Shown here: positions 57,478 to 64,000 of the stretch, one piece after another | Layout of the letters: each line of letters starts with the position of its first letter | Position numbering within the stretch: the stretch's first letter is position 1 | Assembly (NCBI GenBank): GCA_035503035.1 | Contig: DATJTS010000034.1 | Span: 2,791-66,790 of the forward strand | Length of the DNA: 64,000 nucleotides | Source of the DNA: Solirubrobacteraceae bacterium | GTDB lineage: Bacteria; Actinomycetota; Thermoleophilia; Solirubrobacterales; Solirubrobacteraceae | Direction of reading: 5' to 3' | The notes under the pieces: model-generated | Told to the model about the DNA's origin: nothing | Database searches by the model: none | The model's input: the letters and a program-made list of their open reading frames with translations, nothing else | Position numbers and translations under genes: made by a program

Positions 57478-60400
57478 ATCAGCCGAGGGCCGGAGTCGGG
57501 CGACGGCCGCCTCTCGATCGAGAGCGCGGCCGTCCTCGAATGCCCGGCGGAACGCCGCCTCGCCGAGACTCCCCCGCAGCGCGTCGGTGAGCCGAGCGAC
57601 CTCGGGATGGGTGAGATCGTCGGCTCCACGCAGCCGGGCGGCGGCGCCGAGCATCTCGGCGCTGTCGAGGTCATGCCCGGCATGGTGCTCGCGCGTGGCG
57701 GCGATGACGCCGACGGCGGCGACCACCGGCATGTCGTGGGTCCCAAGCGCGGCCTCGTAGGCCTCTCGCAGCCAACCCTCCGCGGCGGACCGGTTGCCGG
57801 CCTCGAGCGCGATCAGCGCCGTCGTGCTCAGGGCGATCGCGTGGGCGTGCGCCTGCTCGGCACGCCGCCCCTCGGAGGGACCGAGCAGCTCCCGGGCCTC
57901 GGCCGCGAGCTCACCCGCCCGCTCCGCACCGCCGAGCCGGAGCTCCAGATGGGCGAGCGCCACCTTCACCATCGCGGTCTCCTCGTCGAAGCGATCGCCG
58001 TCCTCGAGGCTCGCTGCGAGCATCGCGCGGGCACCCTCCAGATCGCCCCGGCGTCCGCGCACGTCGGCGAAGCGCAGCCTGAGCATCCGGCCGCCGTCGT
58101 CGGCGCCGAGCTCGGCCATCAGCGAGCGGGTCCGTTCGAGCGCCTCCTCGGCGCCGTCGAGATCCCCGAGCACGATCCGTAGGCTCGAGAGCTCGGACAG
58201 CGTCGTGCCGAGACCCCAGCGGTCGCCGACTTCGCCGAAGGCGCGCATCGACTCGTCGAGCGCGTCACGCATCGCCTCGAGATCGCCCTCGTTCTCGGCA
58301 AGCTGGACGCGTACGAACGGCACCGTCGCCCGCACCCACGGGTCGGGATGGGCGGCGGAGCCCTCGAACAGCTCGACGACCCGATCGCGTCCGACGACGA
58401 CCGCCAGCAGGGGTCGCACCGCGGCGAGCAGCGGGTGCCGGGCGAGGTCTGCGTCCTGCACCCGCTCGAGCACCAGCGCCAGCGTCTCCCAGGGATCCGT
58501 GTTCGTCGCCGCGCCCGGGATCGCCTCGGTGAGCGCATGCACTCCCTCGATCAGTGCCCGGTCGAGCGGGTCCGCCTCGCCCTGGACACCCAGCGCGAAA
58601 CCGGTCCAGGTCACGACCTCCTGGCGGCTGCCGGCCAGCAGCCAGAACCACAGCAGCGCGACGACCATCTGCGCGACGGCGGACGCGTCGCCGGACTCGC
58701 CGAGGTGGCGCAGGCCGGCGAGCAGGTCGTCGTGCTCGGCGCGGAGCCGGGCGAGCCACACGAGCTGGTCACGGCCGCGCAGTTGCGGGCCCGCCTCGAG
58801 CGCCAACCCGAGGAAATGGTGCGCGTGCGCATCCCGGATCCGCTCGAGCTCGCCAGCTTCGTGCAGACGCTCCAAGCCGTACTCCCGGATCGTCTCGAGC
58901 AGCCGGTAACGCACTCCCTCCGCATCGGCGATCTGCAGCAGCGACTTGTCGACGAGCGCACAGAGCAGGTCGAAGACCTCGCCCTCGGAGACCGCCTGGT
59001 CCGAGCACACCACCTCGGCGGTCTCGAGCGTCACCGGCCCGGAGAACACCGACAGCCGACGCAGCAGCGCCCGCTCGCGCTGGTCAAGCAGATCCCAGCT
59101 CCAGTCGACGACGGCACGCAGGGTGCGCTGGCGGGCCATCGCGGTCGGGCTGCCGCCGGTGAGCAGCCGGAAGCGGTCATCCAGGCGTGCCGCCAGCTGG
59201 GGCAGCGTCATCGAGCGCAGTCGTGCCGCGGCCAGCTCGATAGCGAGCGGTAGCCCATCGACTCGGCGGCATACCTCGACCACGTCCGTGACCGTGTCCG
59301 CGTCGACCACGAACCCCGCGGAGGCGGTCGCCGCCCGGTCGGCGAACAGACGGATCGCCGGCACGGCGAGCGCCTGGTCGGCCGTGATCCCCGCGTCCGG
59401 GAGCTCGAGCGGCGCGAGCGGCACGATCATCTCGCCGGTGATCCCCAGCGGCTCGCGGCTGGTGCAGAGCAGCCGCAGGCGGGGACAGGAGCCGAGCAGC
59501 CGGTCCGCCACCCGCGCGGCGTCCTGGAGCAGGTGCTCGCAGTTGTCGAGCACGACCAGCGCCTCCCGGTCGGCGAGCAGATCGATCAGCCGGTCCAGCG
59601 CATCGGCCCCCGCCGCCGGGGATCGGGAGCCGATCAGCTCCACCTCGCGCAACCCGAGCGAGGCGAGGATGGACGGGACGATCGCCTCGCCGTCGGCGAC
59701 CGGCGCGAGCTCCACCAGCCACGCGCCCTCGCTGAGCTCCCCGGCAGCGCGCTGGGCCAGCTCCTCGGCCAGTCGCGTCTTGCCCGCGCCTCCAGCGCCG
59801 ACGAGCGTGAGCAGCCGATGGGTGGCGAGCAGCGCGCCGACCCGCGCGACCTCACGCTCGCGGCCGACGAAGCTGGTCAGGCGGACCGGCAGGTTCGACT
59901 GCGATGCCGGCGGCGCGGGTGCGGACGGGACGGACACGGCAGACGCGGGCGCATCGCCGCGGACGACCGCCAGGTGGACGGCCTGCAGCTCGGCGGAAGG
60001 CGGAACGCCGAGCTCGTCGTCGAGGCGGCGGCGAACTCGTTCGTACACCGCGAGCGCATCGGCCTGCCGGCCCGCGGCACACAGCGCCTGCATGAGCTGG
60101 CCGGCGATCCGCTCGTGCAGCGGCTCCTCGGCCGCGAGCGACTCGAGCTCGTGGACGAGGTCGGCCGACCGGCCGAGCTCGATCTCCGCCTGCGCGCGGT
60201 CGGCGCGCACGCTCACGCGGAGGTCGTCGAGCGAGGCCGCCGCAGCGCCAAGCGCGGCGCCGGGCCGCAGATCTGCGAGCGCGGGGCCGCGCCACAGCGC
60301 CAGGGCCTCGCCGAGGATCGCGCTCGCCGCCTGCGGGTCACCATCGCCGAGACGGCTCGCGCCCTCGGTGGCGAGCCGCGCGAACCGCGAGGCATCGACG

Positions 60401-60681
60401 TCCTCGGCGTCGACCGCCAGCCGATAGCCGTTCCCGCTCGGCTGCACGAGCCCGGCGTCGCCGAGCGCTCGTCGCAGTCGGGAGACGAGCGATTGCAGAG
60501 CGTGAGACTCGTCGCCGGGGAGCTCGCCGTCCCAGATCGCGTCGGCGAGCGCCGTCGCGGTAACGCCCTGACCGGCGTCGAGCGCGAGCCGAGCGAGCAA
60601 CGCGCGTACCCGCTCCCCGCCGAGGGCGAGCCCGCGACCGTCTCGCTGAACCTCCAACGGGCCGAGAATCGCGATGCGCAC
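57388..60681 (-). CDS. AfsR/SARP family regulator (OmpR-like DBD + BTAD + STAND ATPase + TPR)
   Basis: ILGPLEV, LQSLVSRLRR, GYRL, ALWRG.AL, PLHE, LGVPPS, GAGGAGKT, DNCEH, DGLPLAIELAA. Confidence 0.92.
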   Translation of the reverse strand: MRIAILGPLEVQRDGRGLALGGERVRALLARLALDAGQGVTATALADAIWDGELPGDESHALQSLVSRLRRALGDAGLVQPSGNGYRLAVDAEDVDASRFARLATEGASRLGDGDPQAASAILGEALALWRGPALADLRPGAALGAAAASLDDLRVSVRADRAQAEIELGRSADLVHELESLAAEEPLHERIAGQLMQALCAAGRQADALAVYERVRRRLDDELGVPPSAELQAVHLAVVRGDAPASAVSVPSAPAPPASQSNLPVRLTSFVGREREVARVGALLATHRLLTLVGAGGAGKTRLAEELAQRAAGELSEGAWLVELAPVADGEAIVPSILASLGLREVELIGSRSPAAGADALDRLIDLLADREALVVLDNCEHLLQDAARVADRLLGSCPRLRLLCTSREPLGITGEMIVPLAPLELPDAGITADQALAVPAIRLFADRAATASAGFVVDADTVTDVVEVCRRVDGLPLAIELAAARLRSMTLPQLAARLDDRFRLLTGGSPTAMARQRTLRAVVDWSWDLLDQRERALLRRLSVFSGPVTLETAEVVCSDQAVSEGEVFDLLCALVDKSLLQIADAEGVRYRLLETIREYGLERLHEAGELERIRDAHAHHFLGLALEAGPQLRGRDQLVWLARLRAEHDDLLAGLRHLGESGDASAVAQMVVALLWFWLLAGSRQEVVTWTGFALGVQGEADPLDRALIEGVHALTEAIPGAATNTDPWETLALVLERVQDADLARHPLLAAVRPLLAVVVGRDRVVELFEGSAAHPDPWVRATVPFVRVQLAENEGDLEAMRDALDESMRAFGEVGDRWGLGTTLSELSSLRIVLGDLDGAEEALERTRSLMAELGADDGGRMLRLRFADVRGRRGDLEGARAMLAASLEDGDRFDEETAMVKVALAHLELRLGGAERAGELAAEARELLGPSEGRRAEQAHAHAIALSTTALIALEAGNRSAAEGWLREAYEAALGTHDMPVVAAVGVIAATREHHAGHDLDSAEMLGAAARLRGADDLTHPEVARLTDALRGSLGEAAFRRAFEDGRALDREAAVARLRPSADSDSAAVGAERERHEHEEQDSHPHERPEHV

Positions 60682-60773
60682 GAGGCTCACTTTGCCATGC
60701 GGCCGGGTCGCGCCGGCCCGACACGAACGACCGGCCACGACGGTCGCAGCGAGCTGCGCTCGACCCCCGCCGT

Positions 60774-62195
60774 TTGGGCGGCGAGGGCCGTGGGTATGTT
60801 TCGGACATCAACGGACAAACGGCAGAAAATGGTGATCTGCATACGCCCGGTGCGATCGGTCACCCGGTTCGCGTCGGTGTCGTCGGTGCCGATCTCGGCG
60901 TGATGGCGGTCCAGGAGGCCGCCGCCAACGTCCCCGCTCTCGAGGTGGTCCCGCTTGCCTACGAGCTCGAGGATGAGGCGGCGGAGCTCATCGCCGCGGC
61001 AGCGCGCCGGATCGACGTTGCGCTTTTCTGCGGGCCGGTGCCCTACCAGCTCGCCCGCGGCGCGATCCCCGCCGCGCTCCCGGTGACCTACATCCCGTAT
61101 GACGGGTCCGGCCTGGTCAAGGCACTGTTCGACTTCTACCGGCTCCCCCCGGAGGGTGCGAGCGCGTTCAGCATCGACAGCGTTCCACGAGAGACCGTGC
61201 TGCGCGGCGTGCACGAGGTGGAGCTGACCGGCGTCGAGGTCGAGGCGATCAGCGACGGGACGGTGCTCCCGCGCGAACGGCTGGTCGAGCGCCACCGCGA
61301 GCTGTGGCAGCAGGGACGGACGCGGGCCGCGATCACCTACATGCGCTCGGTCGCGCGCGCCCTCGATCACGAGGGCGTGCCGACGATCTATGTCCAGCCA
61401 CTTGCCGCCTCGATCCGCCTCGCACTCGAGCGGGCGCTGCTGATGAGCGAGAACCGCTCCAATGAGGCCGCGCAGCTCGTCGTCATGCTCGTCCAGATCG
61501 CGCTGCCGCCGGCCGACGGCTCGACCCGCGCGCAGCAACTCGACCTCGCCGCCTCCAGCTTCCTGCTGGACGTGGGCGAGGAGATCGGCGCCGCGCTCCT
61601 GCCCCTGGGAGACGGGCTGTACGCCTTCTACACGACCAAGGCGGGCTTGGACCAGATCCCCGACTGGGCGCTGGGCGAGCTTCCGTTCCTGCAGCGGACG
61701 GTCGACGTCCTCGGCGTCGACCCCAAGGTCGGCATCGGCTTCGGCGGCACCTCCAAGGAGGCGCAATCGGGCGCGATGCGCGCGCTCTCGCTGGCGCGCG
61801 AGGTCACCGGCGCGGCGGCGTTCGCGGTGCTGCGCGACGCGAGCGTGCTCGGGCCCCTGAGCAACGACTCGGCGCGAGTGCGCCAGACGCGCGTGCACGA
61901 TCCCGACCTCGTGCAGGAGGCGCGCCGGCTGCGGGTGGCCACCCGGTCGCTGGCGCAGGTGTACTCCTACCTGGCGAGCTTTCAGACGATCGACGCCGAG
62001 AAGCTCGCGCGATTGCTCGGGGTGTCGGACCGCAGCGCCCGGCGCACGGTCAACCGCCTGGTCGAGGCGGGGCTGCTGCAGTCCGCCGGCGAGGAGTCGG
62101 TGCATCGGCGCGGCCGTCCCCGGCAGCTGTACCGGCTCGCTCCCCCGGGCACCGAGGAGACGGCGCCCGGAGCCCGTCAGGAGACGCGGCAATGA
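60774..62195 (+). CDS. transcriptional regulator (N-terminal sensor, GGDEF-like fold, C-terminal wHTH); start codon unclear
   Basis: LF.GPVPY, SIDS, GIGFG, C-terminal LA..LGVSDRSARR...L...G..GRP..Y. Confidence 0.75.
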   Translation: MGGEGRGYVSDINGQTAENGDLHTPGAIGHPVRVGVVGADLGVMAVQEAAANVPALEVVPLAYELEDEAAELIAAAARRIDVALFCGPVPYQLARGAIPAALPVTYIPYDGSGLVKALFDFYRLPPEGASAFSIDSVPRETVLRGVHEVELTGVEVEAISDGTVLPRERLVERHRELWQQGRTRAAITYMRSVARALDHEGVPTIYVQPLAASIRLALERALLMSENRSNEAAQLVVMLVQIALPPADGSTRAQQLDLAASSFLLDVGEEIGAALLPLGDGLYAFYTTKAGLDQIPDWALGELPFLQRTVDVLGVDPKVGIGFGGTSKEAQSGAMRALSLAREVTGAAAFAVLRDASVLGPLSNDSARVRQTRVHDPDLVQEARRLRVATRSLAQVYSYLASFQTIDAEKLARLLGVSDRSARRTVNRLVEAGLLQSAGEESVHRRGRPRQLYRLAPPGTEETAPGARQETRQ

Positions 62196-63730
62196 GGCGG
62201 CGGCTGATCGCGTCGATCGTGGGTGTGATCGCCGGGGCTGTCCTCGCCGGATGCGGCGGCAGCTCGGTCAACCTCGGCACCCCCGGCGCGGTCGCCGGAG
62301 GCAAGGCGCCGGGCGGGACGCTGCAGGTGGCGATCGCCTCCGCGCCCGATCAGCTCGATCCGCAGAAGACGACCTCGTACCCGAGCTTCGAGGTGCTCGA
62401 CAACATCTACGACACGCTGGTGGCGCCCAATCCGAAGACGCTGCGGATGCAGCCGTCGCTGGCCCAGAGCTGGACGGTGAACCACGACCACCTGCGCTGG
62501 ACCTTCCACCTGCGCCACGGTGTCAAGTTCGACGACGGATCGACGTTCGACGCCGCCGATGTCGTGTACTCATACGACCGGATCATCCACGGCAAGCTGC
62601 CCAACGCCTACCGGTTCGCCACCGTCAAGGCCGTGAGCGCGCGCGGCCCTCACACCGTGGTGATCACGCTCACCAAGCCGACCCCGAACCTGCTCTCCGA
62701 CATCGGCGGGTTCAAGGGGATGGCGATCCTGCCCAAGGGGATCGCGAGCCGTCTCAACCTCGCCACGCACACCGACGGCACCGGCCCGTACATGCTGCAG
62801 TCTCAGAATCCAGGCTCGATCACGCTGGTCGCCAATCCTCACTACTGGGGGAAGGGCCCATATGTCGGCAAGGTCGTCTTCCAGTTCATTCCCAACGCGA
62901 CGACCGCCGTGACGGCACTCGAGACGGGGGAGATCGACTGGACCGACAACATCCCCCCGCAGGACATCTCCAACCTCCAGCGCAACGACACGCTGAAGGT
63001 GGCCACGGTGCCGAGCACCGACTACTGGTACATGACGGTCAACGAGCAGCGAAAGCCGTTCGGCAACCCGCTGGTGCGCCGAGCGATCAGCTACGCGATC
63101 AACCGCAGGGCGATCACCGAGGCGGCGATGTTCAACGCGGCCACCGTGAACGAGACGGCGATCCCCAAGACAAGCCCCTGGTACTTCTCCTACGACCCCT
63201 ACACCCCGAACCTCGCCAAGGCGCGGGCGCTGCTCCGGCAGGCGGGCGTCTCGCACCTGTCGATGGGACTGATGGTCACCAGCGAGTACCCCCAGACAGT
63301 CGAGGCGGCGCAGGTGATCGCTGCCGAGCTCGCCCCGATCGGCATCCGGGTCAACGTTCAGACCGAGGACTTCTCCACCTGGCTGGATCGGGAGAGCAAG
63401 GGCCAATACGACTCGTTCATCCTCGGCTGGCTGGGCAACATCGACCCGTCCGACTACTACTACGACCAGCAGTACTGCAAGGCGGCCGACAACTTCCAGC
63501 ATTACTGCAACCAGCAGGTCGACCGGCTGCTCACCGCGGCCGGGACGACCAGTTCCACGGCGCGACGCAAGCAGCTCTACGACCGCGCGGCCCGGCTGAT
63601 CGTCGACGACAACAGTTACATCTACCTGTACAACCCGGACGTCGTCCAGGCATGGAGCGACAAGGTCAAGGGGTTCATCGCCCGGCCGGACCGAGCGATC
63701 AACTTCGACACGGTGAGGCTGTCGAAGTGA
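62192..63730 (+). CDS. peptide/nickel ABC transporter substrate-binding lipoprotein (family 5)
   Basis: Lipobox LAGC, IYDTLV, P.LA.SW, F.L..GVKF.DG, GTGPY, VRRAISYAINR. Confidence 0.93.
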   Translation: MRRRLIASIVGVIAGAVLAGCGGSSVNLGTPGAVAGGKAPGGTLQVAIASAPDQLDPQKTTSYPSFEVLDNIYDTLVAPNPKTLRMQPSLAQSWTVNHDHLRWTFHLRHGVKFDDGSTFDAADVVYSYDRIIHGKLPNAYRFATVKAVSARGPHTVVITLTKPTPNLLSDIGGFKGMAILPKGIASRLNLATHTDGTGPYMLQSQNPGSITLVANPHYWGKGPYVGKVVFQFIPNATTAVTALETGEIDWTDNIPPQDISNLQRNDTLKVATVPSTDYWYMTVNEQRKPFGNPLVRRAISYAINRRAITEAAMFNAATVNETAIPKTSPWYFSYDPYTPNLAKARALLRQAGVSHLSMGLMVTSEYPQTVEAAQVIAAELAPIGIRVNVQTEDFSTWLDRESKGQYDSFILGWLGNIDPSDYYYDQQYCKAADNFQHYCNQQVDRLLTAAGTTSSTARRKQLYDRAARLIVDDNSYIYLYNPDVVQAWSDKVKGFIARPDRAINFDTVRLSK

Positions 63731-63740
63731 GGGGTCCATC

Positions 63741-64000
63741 GTGATCGGCTACATCGTCCGCCGCACCCTGCAGGCGATCGTCGTGCTGTTCGGCGTCAGC
63801 ATCGTCGTGTTCGCGATCGTGCACCTCGTGCCCGGCGATCCGATCCGCCTGGCGCTGGGGACGCGCTTCAACCAGCAGGCCTACGACGCGCTGCGCCGCC
63901 GGTCCGGTCTGGACAAGCCGCTGGTGCCCCAGTACTTCTACTGGCTCGGCCACGCGCTCACCGGCGACCTCGGGGTGAGCTTCCGCACCGGCCAGCCGGT
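63741..64000 (+). CDS. peptide ABC transporter permease (DppB-like), truncated by window end
   Basis: YIVRR.LQ..VVLFGVS..VF...HL.PGDP...GLDKPL..QYF.WL....GDLG.SF. Confidence 0.9.
   Translation, partial: MIGYIVRRTLQAIVVLFGVSIVVFAIVHLVPGDPIRLALGTRFNQQAYDALRRRSGLDKPLVPQYFYWLGHALTGDLGVSFRTGQP

Overview
High-GC actinobacterial chromosome segment. The combination of NucS, an Rpf-domain protein, an MreB paralogue, a Kgd-type E2-E1 fusion and DrrAB/SARP modules fits Thermoleophilia/Solirubrobacterales (inference). It holds about 52 tightly packed CDS, mostly housekeeping or accessory: acnA, add, ettA, metK, nucS, sthA, kgd, and ABC and MFS transporters. No rRNA, tRNA, IS, integrase or cas genes were seen. 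The most unusual element is an AbiEi-like/DUF559 (Vsr-like nuclease) gene with an upstream array of six 37-bp cores at ~91-94 bp period (one interval is double length). Each core is two conserved boxes exactly 21 nt apart. Other notable items are a structured SAM-riboswitch-like leader on metK, an in-frame 57-bp palindromic insertion in a glycosyltransferase, a J-domain/Tudor-like/TPR gene converging on an orphan divergent GroES, a lipoyl-containing 2-oxoglutarate dehydrogenase fusion, an unannotated 35-aa membrane ORF and phased regulator boxes. All product calls are from motif recognition by eye; no database searches were run.
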